The notes beneath the pieces were generated by a model. The model saw nothing but the letters and a program-made list of their open reading frames with translations. It did not search any database and was not told the DNA's origin. This document shows, piece by piece, positions 22,661-33,179 of a stretch of DNA of 33,179 bases. This stretch comes from Octopus sinensis (Eukaryota). Position 1 is the first letter of the stretch, and each line of letters starts with the position of its first letter. Both the position numbers and the translations under genes were made by a program. The stretch is taken from positions 1 through 33,179 of the forward strand of contig NW_021827500.1 in NCBI RefSeq assembly GCF_006345805.1, in the 5' to 3' direction.

Positions 22661-23079
22661 TCAGTTATTTTTCTTCTATTTCTATTCTCTCGGATTTTTT
22701 CCTCTTCTTCATCCTTCCATCTCCAACTACTATTTCTCCGCCCCTCCTCCTCCACCATTCTCTCCCCATCTCCTCTTCTCCTTCCACTCCCCCACCCACT
22801 CCCATGCTTTCTCCCACCTCTTCACTTTCACATTTACACACAAATTGTAGAGACATCTCCCCAGAGTACCAAATTCATCGGAAACATTCCCAGAATTGTC
22901 AAATTATTTCCTTCTGATAAGAGACGAACATCTTTCGATAAGAATTCACCTTGCTCTCCATCCAACTCTCCCTCTTTCTCTTCTTTTTCTCTAACACACT
23001 CACACACTACGCAGCATATATTCGTACGTTACATACTTACACTTGACGCATACTATATACTACCTACACGTACGCAATA

Positions 23080-23950
23080 TGCACACTTCCCTGCAAGCAC
23101 ACACCCACACATGCTCACACACACACACACACGCACATACACAGACCTGCACATACACACACACACACATATATATGTACTCACACGTAAATATGATGAC
23201 TGAAAATGGAAATATTCTTAACAACAACTGTCTTAGAATACACACGCACACACACACGCACAGATACGCACACACCCACGCACACACACGCACGTACATA
23301 CACGTGCGCACACACACACCTTCCTACCTATAGATGTGTGTATGTGTGTCTGTGTGTTTCTATGTGTCTGTTCTATGTGTGTGTGTATAGGTATGTATAC
23401 ACACGTGCGCTCACGCACACACACACAAGCACACACACGCAGACTCACATACACACACACACACACCTACCTGCCTATAGGTGTGTATGTGTGTGCGTCT
23501 ATGTGTGTGCATGTGTGTGTATAAGTATGTATACATACACGCGCTCACGCACACACACAGCGTACGCGCCCACACCTACCTGCCTATAGGTGTGTGTGTG
23601 TATCTAAGTGTGTGTGTCTATGTGTGTGTGTCTCTCTGTGTGTATATAGGTATCTATGTATAGGTGTCTATGGGTGTGTGTGTCTGTGTGAGTATGCGTA
23701 TAGCGTACACACACAGACTCACACACACACACATCTTTTTTCCTTATTACAATATTGTGTGTATATGTATGTAGGTGTATGTATGCATATATGTGATGCG
23801 TGTGTATGTATGTATGTATTTAAGTGTGAATGTTTGCGTGTATATACATATGTTTAAGTGTGTATGGTTGTGGAGCGTATGTTTGTATTTACGTGTGAAT
23901 GTATGCGTATATGTGTGTGTGTGTATGTGTGCCTGCGTGTGTTTTGCATT
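23080..23950. repeat. Alternating (CA)n/(TG)n compound tract with a repeated CCTACCT..ATAG junction
   Basis: Junction recurs at about 23320, 23466 and 23575. Confidence 0.85.
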
Positions 23951-24631
23951 TCTCACTTTCTGTATTTGTGTTGCTATTGTTGTCATTATTATTGTTGTTG
24001 CTGTTGTTGTTTGCTGTTTTAGTGCTACGTTTCCCAGCCTTTGACCTATGTCCTGGTCGCCATCTTGTCTGTGACTGATAATATTATAGAAACAAAACGA
24101 ACCAAGAAATAACAACAACAACAAAAACAATTGAAAACAAGCAAAAATCAAAATAATACAAAAACAAAAACAAAACGAAACAAGAAAAGAATGGAAATAT
24201 TAAATAAGAAAGTAATATAAAATTATAAATCAAACAAAAGAATAATAACCAAGACAAAATACAAACTGCAAACCAACAAACAATCAGAAAAACCCCGTTA
24301 ATAAAAGTTTGTTTCCATTTTAAAGTCTGCTGACATCTTGCTCACGTTAACCAATTAAACCGATCCTCTGGTGTTGTGGAGCTCTTCAGTTGCCGAAGGC
24401 TGAGAGCAACCAACTCGAAGTCTTTGGTGGTTATTCTTCTTCGTAGTTAGTTGGCAATGGCAAGGATGTGGATGTTTAGAGTGTTCTACAGCCCAAGGAT
24501 AGTTCGAGAGAGAGAGAGAGGGGGAGAAAGAAAGAGAGAGAGAGAGAAAGAAATAAAGAGAGAGAGAGAGAAAGGTGCGATAAAATAAACAAGGCAGCAA
24601 CAGTAAGAACGAAAACTACAACAACAACAAT

Positions 24632-24672
<41 letters not shown>

Positions 24673-25395
24673 GAGCACCAATAATATAACAATCAGAAGA
24701 AGAAGAAGAAGAAGAAGAAAAAGGAGAAGGAAAAACCAAACAAACATAAAATATAAAACAAAGCGGAGAACAGTTTTTAGTTGTTTCTTTCTTTAGCGTT
24801 GGTCTTGGAAATTGAGTTTTCTTTTATTCATGTGTGTGTGTATATTTACATATATATGTGTATGTGCGTGTATGTGTGTATGTATATTTATGTGTATATA
24901 TGTGTGTATGTGTGTATGTATGTGTGTGTATATGTGTGTGTATATGTACATATACATAGATACCCACCTACACGCACCCAATATATATATATATATATAT
25001 ACATACATGTATATATATTATATTAATATATTGATATATATGTATGTATATATACATGTAATTCTGTATATGAATATACACATTTATACACACACATGCA
25101 CACGCACGTATGTATATATTCATAAACATATGCATATATGCATATATACATTACGTGCGTGGGTGTTAACGTGTCTATGCAGACAGACAGACAGACAAAC
25201 GGACATGCAGACAGACAGGCAGATTATACATACATACATAGAAAAATATATGTATACATATACACGCATATTTTTACTCATTGATTTAGATCGATATTAA
25301 TTGGCGGGGCGGGGGGTTATTCACGGTTTTCATCTAATTTGCTTTTGAGTTTGGCCAATTTTGCTTTTATGTTCAACAACAACAACAACAACGGT

Positions 25396-25585
25396 AATCC
25401 TTTCTACACAAGGCAGAAAGGTCTGAGATTTGTCGGGTGGGAATTAGTCGACTACATCAACCCTGGGGGTGAAACTTTCGACTTCGAAAGGGAGTAAAGC
25501 AAACCCGACCTTGTGAAGTTTGGATTCAATACGTGATGAATCGAAAGAAATGCCGCTAGCGTTTTGTCGGTCGCTCTAACGATTT
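25396..25585 (-). mobile_element. SINE family A, diverged
   Basis: Tandem with 25606-25812, same orientation. Confidence 0.65.
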
Positions 25586-25605
25586 TAATAATAATCCATT
25601 CAACT

Positions 25606-25812
25606 ATAGCTACAAGGCCTGAAATATTGAGTATGGGGGTCTAGTCGATTACATCAAACCCAGTGTTCAACTGGTACTTACTTTATCGACCCCGAAAGGA
25701 TGAAAGGCAAAGTCGACCTTGGTGGAATTTGAACTCAGAACGTAACGACCGGCGAAATTCCGCTAAGCATTTCGTCCAGCGCGCTAACGATTCTGCCAGC
25801 ACAACACCGCCC
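25606..25812 (-). mobile_element. SINE family A
   Basis: TTTATCGACCCCGAAAGGATGAAAGGCAAAGTCGACCT core, reverse orientation. Confidence 0.85.
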
Positions 25813-25921
25813 TAGTGCACTGTAATATTTAATTTTAAAGATTAACCTTTATTTCAAGAGATGATTTGGTAGTATCGCCAGAGCATCGAATAAAATCCCT
25901 CGCAATATATATCCCGACTGC

Positions 25922-26150
25922 AAGGCGGCGAGCTGGCAGAAACATTAGCACGCCGGGCGAAATGCTTAGCGGTATTTCGTCTGCCGCTACGTTCCGAGTA
26001 CAAATTCTGCCGAGGTCGACTTTGCCTTTCATCCTTTCGGGGTCGTTTAAATCGATATTAAATCGCACTGGCATCGATATAATCGACTTAGTCCGTTTGT
26101 CTATCCTTGTTTGTCCTCTCTATGTTTAGCACCTTGTGGGTAGTAAAGAA
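25922..26150 (+). mobile_element. SINE family A (different 3' tail)
   Basis: Full head AAGGCGGCGAGCTGGCAGAA plus core. Confidence 0.85.
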
Positions 26151-26151
26151 A

Positions 26152-26222
26152 TCTTTATGTTTTGAGTTCAAAATCCGCCGAGGTCGACTTTCGGGCCGTG
26201 TGCCTAGAGTAGAAAAGATAAT
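26152..26222 (+). mobile_element. SINE family A, internally deleted fragment
   Basis: GAGTTCAAAATCCGCCGAGGTCGACTTT joined to tail GTGCCTAGAGTAGAAAAGAT. Confidence 0.65.
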
Positions 26223-26548
26223 ACTTATTCCCACTCCTCGCGCTCAAGGTTGAAGCTCCTCCAACTTCTCTTTTCCTCCTTTTGGAGGTGTCGATTAAAA
26301 AAATAGAAAAATAGAAACTACCCATCTATCCAGGGTGGTGGATTAGCAGCGGTGCAAGAACGTCGGTCTAAACGTTTTACGATATTCGTTGTGGTAGTGT
26401 ATGTGCGTGAAAGAGAATTGTTCAGTGTGGTTAAAAATGAAGAATCAACAAATTGGTGGTGGTAGGTGGTACTTTGGTTACTGTGGTAGTCGTAAAGTAA
26501 GTATTCGAGTCCTAATTACCTGGTTTTCCATAATGTGGCTCTGTGAAT

Positions 26549-26712
26549 AGGCGCAGGCGTGGATGTGTGGTAAGGCCTTTACTTTCCAGCCACTTGGTTC
26601 CAGGTTCAGTCCAGCGTTGTAGTGTCGTAGGTTAAGTGTCTTCTCCCTGGGCCGACCAAGGCCTTGTGAAGTAGATTTGAATGACGGAAACTGGAAGAAG
26701 CCTGTCGCATAT
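26549..26712 (+). mobile_element. SINE family B, 5' half
   Basis: Homologous to 5545-5700. Confidence 0.8.
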
Positions 26713-26972
26713 ATATATGCGAAACACGCATTGAGTCGAACCAGGGGCAGCTAATGAAGGGGAATATTCCTTGTATTGTTTTTCTTGTACTTTGTTTTTA
26801 CGTTGTTAAAAAAGTCCGTTTCCTTGTCTGTTTTTATGTTTTCATTTCTCGTTGTGTTCTACGTTTATCTGTGGTGTCCTGTACTCACATATATATATAT
26901 GCATGTATATATACATATAGATGTAGGTATGTACATATATGTATGTATTATGCATATGTTTTATTTGTAAAT

Positions 26973-27046
<74 letters not shown>

Positions 27047-27086
27047 ACGAACGCAGCTATACGCAATATAAATCCAAAAAGAAAAA

Positions 27087-27283
27087 ATTCAACTGTCACT
27101 AATTGTGGGGGAAGGGTGCCGGGTGGCACCCTATATTGCTAGAAATGAATGTTAAAAACTCTTAGAGCTGCAAGAAGGCACATTTTCATAAACTGAAAAT
27201 TCTTGCGGTTCTAAGGGTTTTAAACTCTTATTTCTAGCAATATAGGTACTACCCGGCACCCTCAGTCACAATTAGTAACAATT

Positions 27284-27288
<5 letters not shown>
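27087..27288. mobile_element. Foldback element with arms of about 89 bp
   Basis: 27087-27176 pairs with 27200-27288; arm sequence also present at 10206-10260 and 10885-10903. Confidence 0.85.
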
Positions 27289-27320
<32 letters not shown>

Positions 27321-27555
27321 TTCAACTATGGTAGTAATTGAATGATATTCTTAAATTTGCGATATATTCCCACGCAGCATCTTTTAGATCTTATCGCTAA
27401 TTCATTTCTAAACCAAATTGAAAACTGTTAGCTACATTATGGCATAAAAAATTGAGATTTGGTCCAGTAGAGAAAAGTTTACATCAAAATTTGCAGCAAC
27501 ATTATAGGAGAGTAAGTAACGCCTCCAATTAAGTTTAGATCTAAATAATTTTGTT

Positions 27556-27831
27556 TTTAAGCAAAATATATCTATCCTAGCTTTAATGATAGAAGAAAGC
27601 ATGAGGAATTTCATAGTTTTGATCCCATGCAACAAAAGTTTGTATCAAAAAAGTTGTGAGGTAAAATATCATGAGAAAAATATAAGGCAAAAAATTGGAT
27701 TCAAGTATAATTAACTTTTTATTTTAAAAGCAAACTATATCTTAATTAAGCTTTAATGATAGAGCTCAATTCAAGGAATTTCATGGTATCAATCTCATGC
27801 AATAAAGTTTTAAAATAAAAAAAGTTATGAG
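27556..27831. repeat. Two diverged direct repeats of about 105 bp in an AT-rich block
   Basis: AGCTTTAATGATAGA..GGAATTTCAT..CATGCAA..AAAAAAGTT(G/A)TGAG at about 27556-27660 and 27722-27831. Confidence 0.7.
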
Positions 27832-27972
27832 TGTTTGTTTCTCAAATTTGAGGGTGATAATATAGTTCTATAAGGGGACTTTTAATATATGTCACCGGCG
27901 TCATTAAGGTAAGGAAAAATATCAATGACACTGCTAATTGACACATTTGACACGTTATTAATTAGAATAATG

Positions 27973-28296
27973 TGAGGGCGCGTGGCTTAGTGGTTAGGGC
28001 ATTCGGCTCATGATCGTAAGGTTGTGAGTTCGATTCCCGGCGACGCGTTGTGTCCTTGAGCAAGACACTTTATTTCACGTTGCTCCAGTCCACTCAGCTG
28101 GCAAAAATGAGTTGTACTTGTATTTCAAAGGGTCAGCCTTGTCACTCTCTGTGTCACGCTGATTATCCCCGAGAACTACGTTAAGGGTACACGTGTCTGT
28201 GGAATGCTCAGCCATTTGCACGTTAATTTCACGAGCAAGCTGTTCCGTTGATCGTATCAGCTGGGACCCTCGTCGTCGTAACCGGTGGAGTCTTCT
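27973..28296 (+). mobile_element. SINE family C (tRNA-derived), full length with 15-bp TSD
   Basis: A box TGGCTTAGTGG, B box GAGTTCGATTCC, core GTGTCCTTGAGCAAGACAC; TSD TTAATTAGAATAATG at 27958-27972 and 28297-28311. Confidence 0.92.
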
Positions 28297-28339
28297 TTAA
28301 TTAGAATAATGGCATAGCCTGGGAAAAAAACATGGATTA

Positions 28340-29338
28340 CATGGGAAAATGCCAGCAAGAGTAATAATATTCTTAAGATTATAAATCTGGAACAAGTTAT
28401 TACACATGGAAAAGTTCGGGACAACTTTTAACATCTGGTAAGGTACAGAACAAGAAAGCCTTTATTCAAAATATCGCAGCTAAGGATAACATTTGAATAT
28501 TAAAAATTATTTGATTTTAATTTACAAAGTAACATTATAATCAAAATAGGTACCATCATTTTGTAAAAATATTGACACACTAGAATACTTCAAAAAATGA
28601 GAGCCAGATGTACCAATACAAATTTTTATGTAAAGTAGAATAGTACATATTCATTCTGTAAAATATAGGTATTGGGTCAGGACTAAAAATGTGAAGACTT
28701 GGCAATAACTCAAGCAAATTTTACTATGAATTTGTTATTATAGGTATATTTTACTGTAATATATAACTAATTTTTGTATTATTCTATTTGTTGTACTAGC
28801 TAATTATGTACTACTATCATTTTTATAGCCTATTTTCAACTTTCTAATTATTAATTAATAATTTTAAAAAATGAATTTTTTAAAGTGCAAAAAATATTTT
28901 AATTGAGTTATTTTTTATTTTTTATTTTTGATAGAAGTAACAATAACAAACAGAAGTAATAACTTGTAATAAAATATTTCGTTTTTGGATTTGGTTTGCA
29001 AGATTCTTTATGCGAGTTCGTTTGTTGAAGCATATTCTGTTGTGTCTGGGGAGAATCATTTGCTTTTTGTGCTTTATGATTTAACACATTCACCGGTAAA
29101 AAAATGTTTTAATAAAAGCTAATAAAATGTTTTAATAAACGTTAATATTTTCTAAATTTAAATAGTTTATTTCAAATTTTATCCTTAGCTGCAATATTTT
29201 AAGTAAAAATTTTCTTTTTCGGTACTTTACCAGATGTAATAAGTTGTCATGAATTTTCCCATGTGTAATATCTTGTCCTGTAATTTTCCAGGTTTATAAT
29301 CTTAAGAACATTATTTCTCTTGCTCGCATTTTCCCATG
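28340..29338. mobile_element. Non-autonomous DNA transposon, about 1 kb, with TIRs of about 175 bp
   Basis: TA|CATGGGAAAATGC..AGCAAGAG..TTCTTAAGATTATAAA..CATCTGGTAA..GCAGCTAAGGATAA at the left; reverse complement at about 29155-29340; AT-rich non-coding interior. Confidence 0.85.
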
Positions 29339-29416
<78 letters not shown>

Positions 29417-29442
29417 TTATACTATATATATACATATATACC

Positions 29443-29494
<52 letters not shown>

Positions 29495-29654
29495 TATATA
29501 CATATATATACATATATAGATTATATACATATATATACATACATATATATATAAAGTTAATCCAAACAAGAAAGCACAAAAAAAATACAACAACGCGAGG
29601 ACGTGGAACAAATATAGTATTATTGGACGCTCAGGAAAGAAGGAAAGAAGGAGG

Positions 29655-29687
29655 GTTTACGTTCGAGCGGAGCTCTTCGTCGGAAAC
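29655..29687 (-). ncRNA. Minimal hammerhead-like motif in a roughly 29560-29755 short element
   Basis: GTTT-CCGACGA-A-GAGC-TCC-GCTC-GAA-CG-TA-AAC; one A missing from GAAA. Confidence 0.45.
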
Positions 29688-29754
29688 ATAGGAGAAGGAA
29701 AGATCCAGAGAAGGGAAGACAGAGGAAAAAAATCGCCAACGGTACACACGCGGT

Positions 29755-29850
<96 letters not shown>

Positions 29851-29851
29851 A

Positions 29852-30183
29852 GACCCCCTTCGGTCATGAATGACCATGGCATTTCACCTAGAAAGTTACC
29901 CGCATAGACACAAGTCCGAGCAAGGTTGTTTGTGGAAGGCCAGCAGTTGCCCATGCATACCAGCCTCCCGTCTCCACGCCACTGATGTTATCCAAGGGAA
30001 AGGCAAAGGCCGATACAGCTTGGCACCAGTGATGTCGCAACTCATTTCTACAGCTGAGTTAACTGGGGCAATGAGAAATAAAGTGTCTTGCTCAAGAACA
30101 CAACACACAGCCTGGTCCGGGAATCTAACTCACAACCTCACGATCATAAGCTTGATGCTTTAACCACTGAGCTATGCGCCTTC
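29852..30183 (-). mobile_element. SINE with family C head and core but a different 3' tail
   Basis: Reverse complement of GGCGCATAGCTCAGTGGTTAAAGC..TTCTTGAGCAAGACACTTTATTTC. Confidence 0.8.
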
Positions 30184-30299
30184 ACATGCCTCGATATGCG
30201 AGTTAATTTGTTCCCGGAGGCCGCTCGTAAAGAGAAAACTCGTAAAGTAGACCAATAATTTCCCATAGTAGCAACGTTATAAATCGTAGATGAATGAAT

Positions 30300-30830
30300 A
30301 GATGAGTGGATGGATGGATGGATGGATAAATGGATGCTTAGCTAGCTGACTAGATGGATGGATGAATTCATGGATGGCTAGATGGTTGGATGGACGAATA
30401 GATGGATGGATGGAGGGAGGGAGGGAGGGATGAATGGATGGATGGAAGCCTAGCTGGCTGGCTAGCTGGCTGACTAGATGGATGGATGGATGGATGGAGG
30501 GATAGATGGATGGATGGAGGGATAGAAGGATGGATGGCAAGATGGGTGGATGGCTAGATGGACGAATAGATGGATGGATGGATGGCTAGAAGGATGGATG
30601 CCTGGTTGGCTTGCTGGCTGGCTGGATGGATGGATGAATTCATGGATGGCTAGATGGATGACTGGATAAGTGGATGACTACATGGATGGATGGATGGATG
30701 TCTAGATAGACGAATGGATGAATGGATGGATAGACAACTGCATGGTCAAACAGTGGCTGGCTGGTTCGTCGGTTAGCCGGTTGGCTGGCTGGCTGGTTCG
30801 TCGGTTAGCCGGTTGGCTGGTGTGGTTGGT
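30300..30830. repeat. Degenerate (GGAT)n/(GGCT)n tract ending in a roughly 31-bp tandem duplication
   Basis: GCTGGCTGGTTCGTCGGTTAGCCGGTTGGCTG occurs twice near 30764-30819. Confidence 0.9.
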
Positions 30831-31054
30831 TGGTTTGCCTCTTTATTAAACACATTATTGCTTCGGTGAACTCCGTCACATATTTCTGAGAGATTCTTTC
30901 TTCTTTTTTGTTGTTTTTCTACTTTTTTGCTTATTTCTTATTTTATTTGTTTTTGTCCGTTTAGTTATATTTTACTTTCACTTTCGCGCCATGTTTACTG
31001 GTTTTAGTTTCTTCCTTAGCTTTTTATAATAATTTCTTATTATTATGCAGTAGT

Positions 31055-31108
<54 letters not shown>

Positions 31109-32167
31109 CAGTTGTAGTAGTTATTCTTATTCTTATTGTTTTATTATTTTTATTATAACTAGTAGTAGTAGCAGCAGCAGTAGTAGTTTCCCTAAATAGG
31201 TTCGCAGTTCACCTCATAAACAAAACAGACACACAAATACGCCAACACATAAACATATACATTGATAAACAAGCAGCCAAGTAAACAAACAAACAAACAA
31301 ACAGACAAATAGATAAATAAAGACAAAAATTAAATAAATAACTGGATGTTCCCAAGTCTCCGCTTCCTAATACGAAACGATGTACAAAACGGAAATCTCC
31401 GACCATGTGATGGGAAGTGAGGGACGAGACCGGGTTGCCGGGTCAATTGAATGTACAATTGCGTCTGTTGTAATTTCTATTCTTATCTTGTGATTTGTCG
31501 TTATGTTTGTTGTTGTTGCTGTTGTCGTTGTTGTTGTTGTTGTGTTGTTGTTGTGTTGGTGGTGGTGGTGGTGGTGGTTTATAAGCATTGTTCCTCGCCA
31601 TTTTTTTAAATGTTATTTTGTGCTTTTAACGTTGTTGTTAATGTTGTTCTTATTGGTCTTGTTGGTTGTTGTGGTTCTTGTTGGTTGTTGTTGTTGTTGT
31701 TGTTGTTGTTGTAAACGGAGTAACTTCTCGAAATAATTGATAACCCGTTCCTCTCTTCAAATATGTATGCATATGTGCATGCACGTTTTCTTCATATGTA
31801 TGTATGTACGTATGTATGTATGTATGTAAGTATGCTTATACGTATGTATATATATATATATACATTTGTACATACATACTCACACACACATATACATATA
31901 CATACATACGTACATAGATTAGTGTGTGCGTGCATGTATGCATGCATATATGTATGAATGCGCGAACATACGCTTGTATGTATATATGTATTTATGCATA
32001 TATGTGTATTTATCTATGCTTGTGTATGTGTGAGGGTGTGTCTCCGTATATATATATATTATATATATATATATACACACAGACACACACACACACACAT
32101 ATATATATTATATATATATATATATATATTATATATACACAGACACACACACACACACACATAACAC

Positions 32168-32206
<39 letters not shown>

Positions 32207-32712
32207 ATATATATATATATATATAATATATGTATGTGGTATGTATGTATGAATGTATGCTCGCCTCTACGAAAGGTGCTCTGAGGTGCAGTACTATTTT
32301 AAACAGTTTCGTGCCATCAATTTAAGAAACCGATGGGATTTAGCGAAGAAAATCAAAGTATATATATTGAAAGAGATAAAGCGATGTAGAAAATTGCGCG
32401 GAAGAAATAGAAAGAGGTGAGGGCTGCAAGGGGACGATGGGTTCGCAAGAAGTAGGCAAGGGGATAGAAATGACGGAGATGTGTGCCATTGTCAGTGAGT
32501 GGAAATAAGTGTCCGACAATATATATGCTAATATATCAATATCTTAATTCACATGTTTTGTAATATGAAAAAAAGTACATGGTTAAAATATATAGATGCG
32601 AGCATACATATATATTTATGTATGTGTGTGCATTTATGCATACATATGTAAGTGTATGTGTATGTAAGTTTATGTATTTATATATATTTATAATAATGTG
32701 TATGTATATGAA

Positions 32713-32950
32713 CGGGGTGTTCAAAAAGTCTCTCCGCAGTGAATTTTTTGTTTCTCCAAGATGTAATTCAAAACATGTGTCGAAGAGTCAACTTATGTAT
32801 TGAAAATGAAGAACAACACTTTCAACAACTCTTATAAAGTTTTTTAAAGTCTTGTAAAGTCTAATATATTCTTTTGTAGTCTTATACCATCTTACAAATA
32901 CTTATTTTGCAATAAAATGCTTACTGCGGAGGGACTTTTTGAACACCCTG
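32713..32950 (+). mobile_element. Internally deleted Tc1/mariner-superfamily element (238 bp) retaining the transposase C-terminus
   Basis: 28-bp TIRs 32713-32740 and 32923-32950 (2 mismatches); 32760-32837 encodes DVIQNMCRRVNLCIENEEQHFQQLL*. Confidence 0.8.
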
Positions 32951-33086
32951 TGTATATATAATATATATATATATGCGTATATGTATATGCGTATATATGC
33001 TTCTGTGTATGTTATGTGTATGTGTGCGCGTGTGTGTGTATGATTGTGTGTGTGTGTGTATGTGTGTGTGTGTATGTGTGTGTGTG

Positions 33087-33144
<58 letters not shown>

Positions 33145-33179
33145 TGTGTGGGTACATGGTTAGATAATGACAAGTACAT

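Noticed and set aside
21995-23203. 402-aa ORF and overlapping 157/213-aa ORFs
   Set aside because: Homopolymeric I/F/S/K/M runs produced by stop-free trinucleotide repeats; no domain signal.
24370-24415. CTGAAGA-GCTC on the minus strand
   Set aside because: No downstream GAAA or closing stems, so not a hammerhead.
24346-24485. Possible minus-strand exon (polypyrimidine tract, TAG acceptor, GTGAG donor) and nearby peptide MSADFKMETNFY*
   Set aside because: All three frames contain stops. The resemblance to the Jun N-terminus ends at a stop after 12 codons. It would need RNA-seq support.
26720-26775. GAAA..GTC..CTAATGA-AGGGGAATATTCCTT, resembling a permuted (type II) hammerhead
   Set aside because: Neither stem I nor an open stem II can be paired, and G5 is mutated. 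The island may still be a pLTR-like repeat.
27975-28046. tRNA-like sequence
   Set aside because: Has A and B boxes but no proper acceptor stem; it is the head of a TSD-flanked SINE, not a tRNA gene.

Overview
AT-rich, microsatellite-dense eukaryotic non-coding DNA (intron or intergenic). I recognise no host protein-coding exon, and most ORFs in the track are artefacts of simple repeats. The SINE repertoire looks cephalopod/Octopus-like (from recollection, not searched). Well-supported content: (1) a 5'-truncated Penelope-like retroelement (PLE) with an open C-terminal GIY-YIG endonuclease, bracketed by two inverted pseudo-LTRs and sitting in (TA)n; (2) a full-length but inactivated mariner (37-bp TIRs, TA TSD, D34D); (3) remnants of a HERO/NeSL-type RLE LINE and an RTE-like LINE; (4) about 15 SINE copies from three families; (5) several MITEs and foldback elements. 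The main observation the ORF track misses is about 15 minimal type I hammerhead-ribozyme (HHR) or HHR-like motifs from many unrelated sequence families. Most have a short (near-)palindromic stem III, which implies dimer-dependent cleavage. Most lie in 150-350 bp islands bounded by microsatellites, and one family sits inside the PLE pLTR itself. This suggests a diverse population of non-autonomous, ribozyme-carrying, microsatellite-associated retroelements (solo pLTR or retrozyme-like) mobilised by PLEs. All folds were made by eye and none was tested.
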